A stretch of DNA of 64,000 nucleotides from Treponema sp. UBA1233 (GCA_002309305.1 DBWR01000070.1:87121-151120); one strand, 5' to 3'; positions 13,182 to 22,553 are shown, numbered from the stretch's first letter. Program-made: numbers and translations. The notes: a model not told the origin generated them from the sequence alone.

Positions 13182-13565
13182 ATGAAAACTAGTGATGAGA
13201 ACATAATAGTTGAAAAATCCAAAGCATTCGCATTGCGCATTATTAAGCTATATAAATTCCTTACGGAAAAAAAGAAGGAATTTGTACTTTCAAAACAAGT
13301 CTTAAAAAGCGGGACAAGCATTGGTGCTAATGTTAGAGAAGGAATCAGAGGTCAAACAAAGGCCGATTTTTATGCTAAATTCAATGTTTCATTAAAAGAA
13401 GCTAGTGAGACGGAATACTGGCTGGAGTTACTTAATGAAAGCGGTTATTTAGAAGGTCATGAAAATGATTTTCAAAGTTTATATTCTGACTGTCAGGAAG
13501 TAATAAGAATCTTGATGGCAATTACCAAAACACAGAAAGAGGGTGGAGCTAATTGTAATGTGTGA
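13182..13565 (+). CDS. Four-helix-bundle protein (23S rRNA IVP / TIGR02436-like)
   Basis: KSKAFALRII, LSKQVLKSGTSIGANVREG, SLKEASETEYWLELL. Confidence 0.9.
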   Translation: MKTSDENIIVEKSKAFALRIIKLYKFLTEKKKEFVLSKQVLKSGTSIGANVREGIRGQTKADFYAKFNVSLKEASETEYWLELLNESGYLEGHENDFQSLYSDCQEVIRILMAITKTQKEGGANCNV

Positions 13566-13572
13566 CAATATG

Positions 13573-13607
13573 ATTACGAATTGCGCATTACGAATTACGA
13601 ATTGAAA
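13573..13607 (+). repeat. Heptamer tandem array, consensus ATTACGA, inverted relative to 13137-13171
   Basis: attacga attgcgc attacga attacga attgaaa. Confidence 0.85.
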
Positions 13608-13609
13608 AT

Positions 13610-14587
13610 ATGAATTACAATAATAAAATCTTTGTTGCCGGTCACCGGGGGCTTGTTGGGGGGGCAATCCTCCGCTGCCTGCAGGAAAAGGGATACACAA
13701 ACATAATCACGAGGACACACAAAGAACTGGATCTTTTGAATCAGGCGGCTGTAAATGAATTCTTTGCATCCGAAAAGCCTGAGTATGTCTTTTTGGCGGC
13801 GGCTCATGTTGGCGGAATAGGGGCCAACTCTACCTATCCGGCTGACTTCATATATCAGAATATGGTTATCGGCTTTAATGTTGTTGAGGCGGCTAGGGTA
13901 AATGGGGTAAAAAAACTGATGAACCTTGGCTCAACCTGCATTTATCCCAAAATGGCCGAGCAGCCGATTAAGGAAGAATCCCTTCTGACAGGACCACTGG
14001 AGCCTACCAACGATGCATATGCACTTGCAAAAATAAGCGTGATAAAGCTTTGTACTGCTTATAATAAACAGTATGGCACCAACTATCTAAGCGTGATGCC
14101 GACAAACCTCTACGGTCTGGGGGATAACTATGAGCTTCAGGGAAGCCATGTTTTTCCTGCGATGATACGCAAATTCTACGAAGCGAAGGCAAGCGGTGAG
14201 GATGTGGTTCACCTCTGGGGTGACGGTTCTCCTCTCCGTGAATTCCTTTATGCAGGGGATCTTGCGGATGCAGTGGTTTATCTTATGGAAAACAAGAACG
14301 CCCAGGACCTTCGCACCCCGACTGGAGACTTTGTGAATGTAGGAACCGGACGGGAATGCACGATAAGGGAACTGGCTGAAACAATAGAAGACGTCGTTTA
14401 TGCCGATGTCCGTAAGGGTGGACGCAAGTGCAGGATGGAATGGGACCCGTCAAAACCAAACGGCACCCCACGAAAGCTTTGTGACGTGACAAGGCTAAAT
14501 GCATTGGGCTGGAAGGCAAAGGTTGATGTGCGCGAGGGAATAAAAATCGCCTATGATGATTTCCTCCATGGGAATGTAAGAAAATAA
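13610..14587 (+). CDS. fcl: GDP-L-fucose synthase
   Basis: AGHRGLVG, AAAHVGGI, LGSTCIYPK, YALAK, PTNLYG, WGDGSPLREFL. Confidence 0.95.
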   Translation: MNYNNKIFVAGHRGLVGGAILRCLQEKGYTNIITRTHKELDLLNQAAVNEFFASEKPEYVFLAAAHVGGIGANSTYPADFIYQNMVIGFNVVEAARVNGVKKLMNLGSTCIYPKMAEQPIKEESLLTGPLEPTNDAYALAKISVIKLCTAYNKQYGTNYLSVMPTNLYGLGDNYELQGSHVFPAMIRKFYEAKASGEDVVHLWGDGSPLREFLYAGDLADAVVYLMENKNAQDLRTPTGDFVNVGTGRECTIRELAETIEDVVYADVRKGGRKCRMEWDPSKPNGTPRKLCDVTRLNALGWKAKVDVREGIKIAYDDFLHGNVRK

Positions 14588-14592
14588 GATAT

Positions 14593-16128
14593 ATGCATTT
14601 TTCAAGAATACAGAAAAATAAATTGCATTTTTATACGAAAGCTGCCAGAAATTTGACGGAAGAAGAGCTTGATGCAATATCAGATTTGTTTTCTGAAAAT
14701 TATGGAAAGTATAGTTTAGCAAATAAAAATGAATCTCTAAGAGGTAAGCAGATATCTCTTAAACCAAGTTATTATAAAAGATACATGGTTTCAAATGATT
14801 ATACCTATGTTGCCCTTGCATATTACGATGATGTTCTTGTTGGTCAGGCTTTTTATGTTGTTGAAAATTTCAAACAGGGTAATGCGACATGGGTAATACA
14901 GCTTGTTGTAAAAAAGGAGTTCCGGAAAAACCAAATTGCCAAGAAGCTTTTGTTTTCCATATGGGGATTCTCCAATGATTATGCATGGGGGCTGGCGACA
15001 ACAAATCCTCTTACAATAAAAACTTTGGAATCGGCAACCTTGAGAAAGGTTTCATTAACAAAAATGAAACAGAATATCAAGGTAATAAAACAATTGTCAA
15101 GCAAAGTGAATTTTATTTCCCAAGAAGAAATATTCATCACGGAGAACAATTCTGTGGTAAATTCCAGCTATTATGTCAGCCATGATGATATTCCTAATTA
15201 TATCTCAAAATATGGAGATGAATGGGTTTTCGGAAATCTGGAGGAAGGCTTTGAATGGCTTGCATTTACTTTTAGGGGACAGGAAATAAAGAAGCTTTCA
15301 AAACAGGATTTTGATAATTTTATTGAGTATTCTGAAAGCAGATTGATAGATGCTTATTCAAGAATGGAGATGATAACTCAGCCATGGACAAAGCATACAG
15401 CAGAAGAGATTGAGTTCATAAAGCAATACATTTCGGATAAATCAGCCCGTATAATGGATATGGGGTGTGGGACTGCAAGACATATAGCGGAATTATACAA
15501 ACAAGGATACAAAAATATAAATGGATATGATTTTTCTGAAAATTTGATTACCCAGGCAAAAAAGAATTATCCTGAAATCCAGGACAATCTTTCAATTAGC
15601 GATTGTAGAAATCTTAAGTGTAAGAGCAAAGCTGATGTCATTTTATGTCTTTATGACGTTATAGGTTCTTTTCCCAAAGAGAAAGACAACATAAATATAA
15701 TAAAGGCTGCTAGACGAAACTTGAAAAAAAATGGCATTTTTATTTGTTCTGTCATGAATATGCATCTTACAGAAAACATATGCAAATACAAATTTGATGT
15801 CTATTCTGATCCTAAAAGGCTTTTCAAATTAAGGGCATCACAAATAATGCAAAAATCAGGGAATATTTTTAATCCTGAAAATTTTGTAATAGATACAAAG
15901 ACGGGACTTGTATTCAGAAAGGAGATATTTAAAGATGATGGCTTTTTGGATTCTGAATACATTATTCGCGATAAACGTTATAGGCTGAATGAGATAAAAT
16001 CTTTGTTAAAGGAAAATGGTTTTATTGTTCTTGATTCTCGTTTTGTTCGAGCTGGAAGGTTTGACAATCCTCTAAAAGCCACGGACTTGGATGCAAAAGA
16101 AATATTAATAGTTGCAAGAAAGAAATAG
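14593..16128 (+). CDS. GNAT-like plus class I SAM methyltransferase fusion protein
   Basis: N-half has GNAT motif A-like QLVVKKEFRKNQIAKKLL; C-half has MDMGCGTARH, YDFS and LCLYDVIG. Confidence 0.7.
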   Translation: MHFSRIQKNKLHFYTKAARNLTEEELDAISDLFSENYGKYSLANKNESLRGKQISLKPSYYKRYMVSNDYTYVALAYYDDVLVGQAFYVVENFKQGNATWVIQLVVKKEFRKNQIAKKLLFSIWGFSNDYAWGLATTNPLTIKTLESATLRKVSLTKMKQNIKVIKQLSSKVNFISQEEIFITENNSVVNSSYYVSHDDIPNYISKYGDEWVFGNLEEGFEWLAFTFRGQEIKKLSKQDFDNFIEYSESRLIDAYSRMEMITQPWTKHTAEEIEFIKQYISDKSARIMDMGCGTARHIAELYKQGYKNINGYDFSENLITQAKKNYPEIQDNLSISDCRNLKCKSKADVILCLYDVIGSFPKEKDNINIIKAARRNLKKNGIFICSVMNMHLTENICKYKFDVYSDPKRLFKLRASQIMQKSGNIFNPENFVIDTKTGLVFRKEIFKDDGFLDSEYIIRDKRYRLNEIKSLLKENGFIVLDSRFVRAGRFDNPLKATDLDAKEILIVARKK

Positions 16129-16166
16129 AGCTTTTTAAGATTAAAGATTAAGGATATTTTGACTGT

Positions 16167-17039
16167 ATGATGGAAAAAGATAGTATTACAAAAAATGATG
16201 ATGCTCAGTGGACAAAGGTAATTACCGCAAAGAGGCGGCTTTTGGACCTGCACCTTAAGGATGTGTGGGATTACCGCTACCTTATAAAAAGGTTCATAAA
16301 GCGTGATTTTGTGGTCCAGTACAAGCAGACTATTCTGGGACCCTTGTGGTATGTCATACAGCCGCTACTGTCATCCATCATGTACATCTTTGTCTTCGGT
16401 AATCTGGCCGGAATAGGTACGGACGGGGTGCCTTCGATTCTGTTTTACTTCGGCGGAACAATGCTTTGGACCTTTTTTACGGGTACAGTTTTGGGGGGAT
16501 CAAATGTATTCCTTAATAACAAGGATGTATTCGGAAAGGTTTATTTCCCCAGGCTTACCGTTCCAATAAGCATAGCGGCAGGACTTGTCATAAAGCTTTT
16601 GATTCAATTTGCCCTCTTGGTCTGCATATACCTTTACCTTATCATTCGGGGTGTCCATGTTTATCCGACATGGTGGGCTTTTTCGTTCCCGCTCATCGTC
16701 CTATGGATTGGAGTTTTGGGAACGAGTCTGGGGCTTATCATTTCCTCCCTTACGACAAAATACCGCGACCTAAAGCTGGTTGTTGATTTTGGAATTCAGC
16801 TTGCCATGTATGCGACTCCTGTGGTTTACCCCCTGAGTGAGGCTCCAAAGAAATTCTTCTGGCTCTTTTACATAAATCCCATGAGTGCTCCGATTGAAAC
16901 ATTCCGAATCTGCTTTTATGGGGCCGGCTCTGTTCCGCTTTCAATGATTCTAATAAGCCTGGGAACCACCTTCCTTCTGGCATTCCTGGGCCTGGTCCTC
17001 TTTACCCGCAACGAACGCAACTTTGTGGATGTGATTTAG
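16167..17039 (+). CDS. wzm: Polysaccharide ABC transporter permease
   Basis: RDFVVQYKQTILGPLW, KVYFPR, YATPVVYP, NPMS. Confidence 0.92.
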   Translation: MMEKDSITKNDDAQWTKVITAKRRLLDLHLKDVWDYRYLIKRFIKRDFVVQYKQTILGPLWYVIQPLLSSIMYIFVFGNLAGIGTDGVPSILFYFGGTMLWTFFTGTVLGGSNVFLNNKDVFGKVYFPRLTVPISIAAGLVIKLLIQFALLVCIYLYLIIRGVHVYPTWWAFSFPLIVLWIGVLGTSLGLIISSLTTKYRDLKLVVDFGIQLAMYATPVVYPLSEAPKKFFWLFYINPMSAPIETFRICFYGAGSVPLSMILISLGTTFLLAFLGLVLFTRNERNFVDVI

Positions 17040-17048
17040 GCTTTTATT

Positions 17049-17202
17049 ATGTCATATAGGAATCTTACTGATATACAGAAAAAAGACCTCCTGACAAAAA
17101 TTACCTGGGACTATATTAAGACAAAATCCTGAAGATATTGAAGGACTTCGATCTTCCCTTCTATTTGATAGGAGGAACCGCACAAGGTTGATAGAAACTT
17201 GA
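17049..17202 (+). pseudogene. Frameshifted remnant of a small protein (WDY...PEDIE motif)
   Basis: MSYRNLTDIQKKDLLTKITWDYIKTKS* continues in another frame as NPEDIEGL. Resembles, from memory, small proteins of nucleotidyltransferase TA pairs. Confidence 0.3.
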
Positions 17203-17227
17203 CAGTTTTTATGGCTATTAATATAAT
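17199..17227 (+). promoter_or_regulatory. Perfect sigma70 consensus promoter
   Basis: TTGACA-17 nt-TATAAT; AGGAGG RBS at 17249-17254. Confidence 0.85.
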
Positions 17228-17260
17228 GTATCTATATAAATGGGTTGAAGGAGGTTTGAT

Positions 17261-17434
17261 ATGTCTACAGCAAGTATCAGAAAACCGATGATTATTACAT
17301 CGGAAAAGTCTGCTAAAGTTATAGCTGATGTATTGGAAATGACTCCAAAGACAACAAATAATAAAATATATCCTCAATCTGTTAAGGAGATTAAAGGCAA
17401 AACTATTCTTGGGCTTCTAAAGAGGGCAAAATGA
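17261..17434 (+). CDS. 57-aa basic protein, putative antitoxin of the downstream GNAT
   Basis: Not in the ORF track. MSTASIRKPMIITSEKSAKVIADVLEM...LLKRAK; strong RBS; ATGA stop/start overlap with the GNAT gene. Confidence 0.75.
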   Translation: MSTASIRKPMIITSEKSAKVIADVLEMTPKTTNNKIYPQSVKEIKGKTILGLLKRAK

Positions 17435-18027
17435 TTTCTATAACTGTAGCTGGAAAGTCATTTTCTATAATTCGTTTGAATGAGCTTTCAGATAATGATG
17501 AGTTTTCAGCAGTTAAGAACATCATTTCAGATTTTGAGTGTCCGTTAAATGATGAGGTCGAGGAATTCTTAAAATACAATGCTTTGGATTTCTCTGTTAG
17601 GAATCAAGCTGTTTCTTATTTGATCTTTTATGATGATAAATTCGTTGCATATTTTACTCTTGCGAATAAGCTTCTCCAGGTCCAAAAAGATAAAATATCT
17701 AAGACAGTGTTAAAAAGATTGCTTAGAAATGCAGAAGACACTGGCGAAGACTTTTTAAATGTCCCGGCAATTCTTGTTGCACAATTAGGAAAGAATTATA
17801 ATAACGGCAATAATAAATGTATTGATGGTGAAGAATTGCTTTGTATAATCAATTATTTTGTAAAAAGTGTACAGTCTTTAATAGGCGGTGCCGTATATTT
17901 TCTTGAATGTGATTCTGATAAGAACAAAGTAATAAAATTCTATGAAGACAATGGCTTTGTTCTTTTTTCAAGCAGGAAAACAAAATCGAAAAAAACAAAA
18001 TTATTACAGTTCATGAAGAAAATATAA
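17431..18027 (+). CDS. GNAT-family N-acetyltransferase, putative TA toxin
   Basis: FECPLNDEVEEFL, AYFTLA, PAILVAQLGKN, IKFYEDNGF. Confidence 0.75.
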   Translation: MISITVAGKSFSIIRLNELSDNDEFSAVKNIISDFECPLNDEVEEFLKYNALDFSVRNQAVSYLIFYDDKFVAYFTLANKLLQVQKDKISKTVLKRLLRNAEDTGEDFLNVPAILVAQLGKNYNNGNNKCIDGEELLCIINYFVKSVQSLIGGAVYFLECDSDKNKVIKFYEDNGFVLFSSRKTKSKKTKLLQFMKKI

Positions 18028-18066
18028 AAGAATTATATATCAAGAACTGTATTGAGGTAAGTTTTA

Positions 18067-19302
18067 ATGACCAACGACATCGCAATAAAAGTAGAAAACC
18101 TCTCAAAATACTATCGTTTGGGTGTGATAAACAACGGGACCCTTTTCCGCGATATACAGAGCTGGTGGGCAAGAAAGAGGGGAAAGGATGACCCTCATGC
18201 TAAGATTGGAAGCAAGTATGATCCCACTGCGGAGGGGTTCTGGGCGCTAAAGGACTTAAATTTTGAGATAAAGAAGGGCGACAGGGTTGGCATCATCGGA
18301 CACAACGGAGCCGGAAAATCAACCCTTCTCAAGCTTTTAAGTCAGATAACAAGTCCGACGGAAGGTAATATAAAAATCAACGGAAAAATTGCGAGCCTTC
18401 TGGAAGTAGGAACCGGATTCCATCCTGAGATGACGGGCCGAGAGAACATCTACATGAACGGTGCCATCCTTGGCATGAAGCACGATGAGATTGACAAGAA
18501 GGTAAACGACATAATTGAGTTCTCTGAAATAGGCGAGCATATCGACACTCCTGTAAAAAGGTACTCCAGCGGTATGTATGTAAGACTTGCCTTTGCGGTT
18601 GCGGCCCATCTTGATAGTGATATTTTGATTGCAGACGAGGTGCTTGCGGTCGGTGATGCTGCTTTTCAGAAGAAGGCTTTGGGGAAGATGAACGAGCTGA
18701 GCTCCGGTGAGGGACGGACGGTTTTGTTTGTGTCGCACAATATGGCGCAGGTAAAGAATCTGTGCAACAAGGGGATTGTGCTGGAGAAGGGAAAGATTGT
18801 TAAAAGCGGGGAGATTGAGGAGTGTATTCATTCATATCTAAATTATACAGATAATTTTAATTACAATTGTTGGAAGAATAACGGTTTATACAATAATGAG
18901 TATTTTTCACCACTTTCTTTAAGGGTTTTGGAGCCAAATGGCAATATGGTTTCAGGTGAATTAATTCCAAATGCAAAATACAAAATTGAACTTGTTTATT
19001 CTGTAAAAAGAATTGAAAGATTTGTAGATTTTTGGATACTATTTCGTATTGGTGATACTGAAATATTTAGAATTTATGAAATGAATCCAGGTCAACATGT
19101 TAATTCGGATGGTTTTGCTGTGTGTAGCTATGATATTCCACAATATTATGTTTTAAATGGTATGGAATATGAGGTCTTATTAGGTGCTTCTATAAAAAAT
19201 ACAAAATGGATCATAAATCCTTTTAATAAAGATGTTGTTTTTAAAATTAAAATCAAGTTTCAAAAAGAGATTCTGCCTGATAGTTTTTTAATTATGAAAT
19301 AA
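18067..19302 (+). CDS. wzt: Polysaccharide ABC transporter ATPase with C-terminal Wzt_C-like domain
   Basis: GHNGAGKST, YSSGMYVRLAF, IADEVLAVGD, VSHN. Confidence 0.93.
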   Translation: MTNDIAIKVENLSKYYRLGVINNGTLFRDIQSWWARKRGKDDPHAKIGSKYDPTAEGFWALKDLNFEIKKGDRVGIIGHNGAGKSTLLKLLSQITSPTEGNIKINGKIASLLEVGTGFHPEMTGRENIYMNGAILGMKHDEIDKKVNDIIEFSEIGEHIDTPVKRYSSGMYVRLAFAVAAHLDSDILIADEVLAVGDAAFQKKALGKMNELSSGEGRTVLFVSHNMAQVKNLCNKGIVLEKGKIVKSGEIEECIHSYLNYTDNFNYNCWKNNGLYNNEYFSPLSLRVLEPNGNMVSGELIPNAKYKIELVYSVKRIERFVDFWILFRIGDTEIFRIYEMNPGQHVNSDGFAVCSYDIPQYYVLNGMEYEVLLGASIKNTKWIINPFNKDVVFKIKIKFQKEILPDSFLIMK

Positions 19303-19335
19303 ATTTGGTGAGAATTTTTTTTTTAGGAAATAAAT

Positions 19336-20871
19336 ATGCCGAATATTTTTGTTTTTTCTAAAAATTTAAAACTTTCTTCTTTTTCTTTGATAGCCAATCA
19401 ATTTAAAAAGGCAGATAGTAATATTTTTATCACAACACATTTTTTATTTCAAAATGAAAGAGAAGAATTGGATTCTATGGTTAATAATACTAGCTATTAC
19501 ACTTTTTCTGATTTTCTAACTGATGAAGCGGCAAAAAATTGTGATATTAATTCATTTGATTCTAATAATTTAAACTTAAATGACTATTATTCCAATATTA
19601 AGAGAAATAAAAATTTATTGGTGCTAGAAAAAGTTAAAAAAAGCTTCTCTGAATACTCAGGTTTTGTATTATCAGATGATTTAGGCATAGAAGAGTATGT
19701 ATGGCTTGATGCTGGTTTTATTCCTATTTCGGGACAATATTATTATAATACTTCAAGAAAAAATGATGATAAGGATGGAATTTGTTTCATAAAAAAAATT
19801 AGAAAAGCTTTAAGTTATTCAAAATTATTGGAAAAACTTTATCATTTCCTTAAAATGAAGTTAAAGTTGTGTAAGAATAGAACTAAAAAAACTATTGTTC
19901 CTGTTGAAGTATTTTTGCAGAATGAGAAAAAATATATATTTATTGGAAAACTACAACGTTTGTTACCTTATTTGAATATTTCATTGACAACATGTGAAAA
20001 AGAAAAGGAAAAAGTTAACAAGAAGAAGTATTATACTTCAAAAGAAAATGTCATTTATATTATGACTATGCATGAAGCTGGTACAATCTCAATTCCAGAC
20101 TCTCCAGAATACGATGTAAGATTTGTTCAAGATGGTTATTTACCTCCTAATTATTCTGCTTTAAACTTAAGGTTTAAGCCCGCCAATGTAAAGTATTATG
20201 CATTAGACAAAATTGGTAAAATGGCTTATGAGGCTCAGAATGTTCCAGTTGAAATCTTACCTTTCAGAAAAAAGAACTATTTACCTAAACCAGATTTTTC
20301 AGTTAAATTGAAAAAAGTTCTTATTACTGCTACTTGTGCAGGACCCTGGTCAGCACTTATAAATCCTAGTGATGATGATATATTAGTAGACGCTATTGTT
20401 AAATCTGCAAAGAAATATCCTGATATTACATTTGTTTATCGTCCACATCCAGCCTGTGTTCATCCTATGCATACAGGTGTTAATACCATTAATAGAATTG
20501 CTGAATATTTTGAGTATACAAAACTTCAAAATTTGAAACTTTCAACTAATATACCACAGCAAAATATGCAGTCATTTTCACTTACATTCTCAAATACAAG
20601 TTTAATAGAAGATATAAAAGAAGCAGATTTAATCATAAGTGAGTATTCACATTCCCTTATTGAAGGGGCTGAAATAGGAAAATTATTTGCAACTGTGAAT
20701 TTAACGAAACGAAGAAATTTTTATGAGGCTATAACCGATTTAGGATTTCCTCATTGTAAAACAATCAATGAACTTTGGGATTTTATAGATAATGTTAATT
20801 CTCAAGATTTTATAAATAAATATACTCAAGCAATAAATAATTACAATGTTATGCTCGATATGGAGGAATAA
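19336..20871 (+). CDS. Putative GT-B glycosyltransferase (capsule-synthesis / sialyl- or Kdo-transferase-like C-terminus)
   Basis: QDGY, VYRPHP and ADLIISEYSHSLIEG motifs in the C-half; N-half not recognised. Confidence 0.45.
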   Translation: MPNIFVFSKNLKLSSFSLIANQFKKADSNIFITTHFLFQNEREELDSMVNNTSYYTFSDFLTDEAAKNCDINSFDSNNLNLNDYYSNIKRNKNLLVLEKVKKSFSEYSGFVLSDDLGIEEYVWLDAGFIPISGQYYYNTSRKNDDKDGICFIKKIRKALSYSKLLEKLYHFLKMKLKLCKNRTKKTIVPVEVFLQNEKKYIFIGKLQRLLPYLNISLTTCEKEKEKVNKKKYYTSKENVIYIMTMHEAGTISIPDSPEYDVRFVQDGYLPPNYSALNLRFKPANVKYYALDKIGKMAYEAQNVPVEILPFRKKNYLPKPDFSVKLKKVLITATCAGPWSALINPSDDDILVDAIVKSAKKYPDITFVYRPHPACVHPMHTGVNTINRIAEYFEYTKLQNLKLSTNIPQQNMQSFSLTFSNTSLIEDIKEADLIISEYSHSLIEGAEIGKLFATVNLTKRRNFYEAITDLGFPHCKTINELWDFIDNVNSQDFINKYTQAINNYNVMLDMEE

Positions 20872-20876
20872 AGAAA

Positions 20877-21806
20877 TTGTCTGATTACTTGATTACTGGA
20901 GCAGCAGGGTTTATAGGTTCTCATTTGGCAAAAAAATTAGCTGATGAAGGAAATAGAATTACAGTTATAGATAATCTCTCTACGGGAAATATGGCAAATA
21001 TTCTGTGGAAGGGGGAATTCATTGAAGGCGATGATTTTAATCCTAAAGTAATCCAAAAACTTAATAATAAAAAATTTGATGCTATTTTTCATATAGCAGG
21101 ACAAAGCAGTGGTGAAATCAGTTTTGAAAATCCTATTTATGATTTGAATTGCAATGCCGCTTCAACACTAATTCTTCTTGATTATGCTAAAAGGACAGGG
21201 TGTAAAAGATTTGTTTATGCATCATCTATGAGTGTCTATGGAGATGAGAACAAAGGTTCTGTAAATGAAGTGAATGGTGTTTTGAAACCAAAAAGTTTCT
21301 ACGCAGTTGGAAAGATTGCTAGTGAACATTATATGCGAATTTATTCGCAATATGGAATTCGTTCAACAGCATTGAGATTTAATAACACTTATGGTTCTGG
21401 ACAAAATATGGAAAATCTAAAACAAGGAATGGTATCTATATTCCTTGCCCAAGCAGTAAAAAAACATCATATCATTGTGAAAGGAGATAAAAACAGATTT
21501 AGAGATTTTGTTCATGTAGATGATACTGTGAGAGCCATTATTATGGCTGCAAATGGAAATGAGCCAGAGTTATATAATTTTTATAATGTCGCTACAAATA
21601 AAAAAACAACTTGTGAAGAATTAATTGGTGTGATGAAAAAATATTTACCATTCGAAATCTCTGTAGAATATACTGGCAATACGCCTGGGGATCAATATGG
21701 TATTTACTGCGATTATTCAAAAATTGAAAATGCATTGGGGTGGAAACCAGAAATAAGCCTTGATATGGGAATAAAAGAAATGTGTGAATGGGCTTTAAAG
21801 CTTTAA
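20877..21806 (+). CDS. NAD-dependent epimerase/dehydratase
   Basis: TGAAGFIGSH, ASSMSVYG, YAVGK (YxxxK), RDFVHVDD; TTG start with GGAGG. Confidence 0.88.
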   Translation: MSDYLITGAAGFIGSHLAKKLADEGNRITVIDNLSTGNMANILWKGEFIEGDDFNPKVIQKLNNKKFDAIFHIAGQSSGEISFENPIYDLNCNAASTLILLDYAKRTGCKRFVYASSMSVYGDENKGSVNEVNGVLKPKSFYAVGKIASEHYMRIYSQYGIRSTALRFNNTYGSGQNMENLKQGMVSIFLAQAVKKHHIIVKGDKNRFRDFVHVDDTVRAIIMAANGNEPELYNFYNVATNKKTTCEELIGVMKKYLPFEISVEYTGNTPGDQYGIYCDYSKIENALGWKPEISLDMGIKEMCEWALKL

Positions 21807-21821
21807 TAAAAGGAGACAATA

Positions 21822-22553
21822 ATGAATGAAAAATTTAAGATCGCAGCATTGCTAACAGGGAGAGGAAATAATACTCTTAAAAATAAGAATATTCTTCCTG
21901 TTCTTGGAAAACCTTTATTGTATTATCCAGGAATGGCAGCGAAAACTTGTAGCTTAATTACAGATTTTTATTGTAGTAGTGATGATGAAGCTATTCTTTC
22001 TGCCGCTGAATCTATTGGTTATAAAAGAATTCTAAGACCTGATGAACTTGCATTACCTACTTCTCAACATGTTGATGCAATAATTCATGCTCTTTCTGTT
22101 ATGAAAGAAGATGATTGTGAACCTGATATATTAGTAGTTATTTTGGCAAATAATGCAATTACGAAAAACGAATGGATAGAAGAATCCATTAAATATATAT
22201 TAAAAGATAATTCGATATCTGCTGTAGTACCTGTTATGGAAGAGATGGATCATCACCCATATCGTTCGAAAACACTTGATAAAAATGGATTCTTAAAAAC
22301 TTGGTTTGATTTCTCGGGTAAAAATGTTTCTACAAACCGACAAGACTTACCCAAAAATTATGTTCTTTGTCATAATTTTTGGACATTAAATTTAAAAGAA
22401 AGTGTATGTTCAAAAACAGAAGGTCAACAGCCTTGGACATTTATGGGAAACAAAATAAAACCAATTATAGTTGAAGAAAGTTTTGATGTTCACACACTTG
22501 AGGATATAAAAAAAAGCGAAGACTGGATTGTGAGGAATAATATAAACTATTAA
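21822..22553 (+). CDS. Acylneuraminate/Kdo cytidylyltransferase-family protein
   Basis: GRGNNTLKNKNILPVLGKPL, SSDDEAIL, RPDEL, FDVHTLED. Confidence 0.75.
   Translation: MNEKFKIAALLTGRGNNTLKNKNILPVLGKPLLYYPGMAAKTCSLITDFYCSSDDEAILSAAESIGYKRILRPDELALPTSQHVDAIIHALSVMKEDDCEPDILVVILANNAITKNEWIEESIKYILKDNSISAVVPVMEEMDHHPYRSKTLDKNGFLKTWFDFSGKNVSTNRQDLPKNYVLCHNFWTLNLKESVCSKTEGQQPWTFMGNKIKPIIVEESFDVHTLEDIKKSEDWIVRNNINY

Noticed and set aside
13182-13565. Four-helix bundle as the Avd of a diversity-generating retroelement, or as an rRNA intervening sequence
   Set aside because: No reverse transcriptase, no template/variable repeat pair, and no rRNA sequence in the window.
13658-13664. G7 tract in fcl as a phase-variation switch
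   Set aside because: Short, in frame, and explained by Gly codons; would need read-level evidence.
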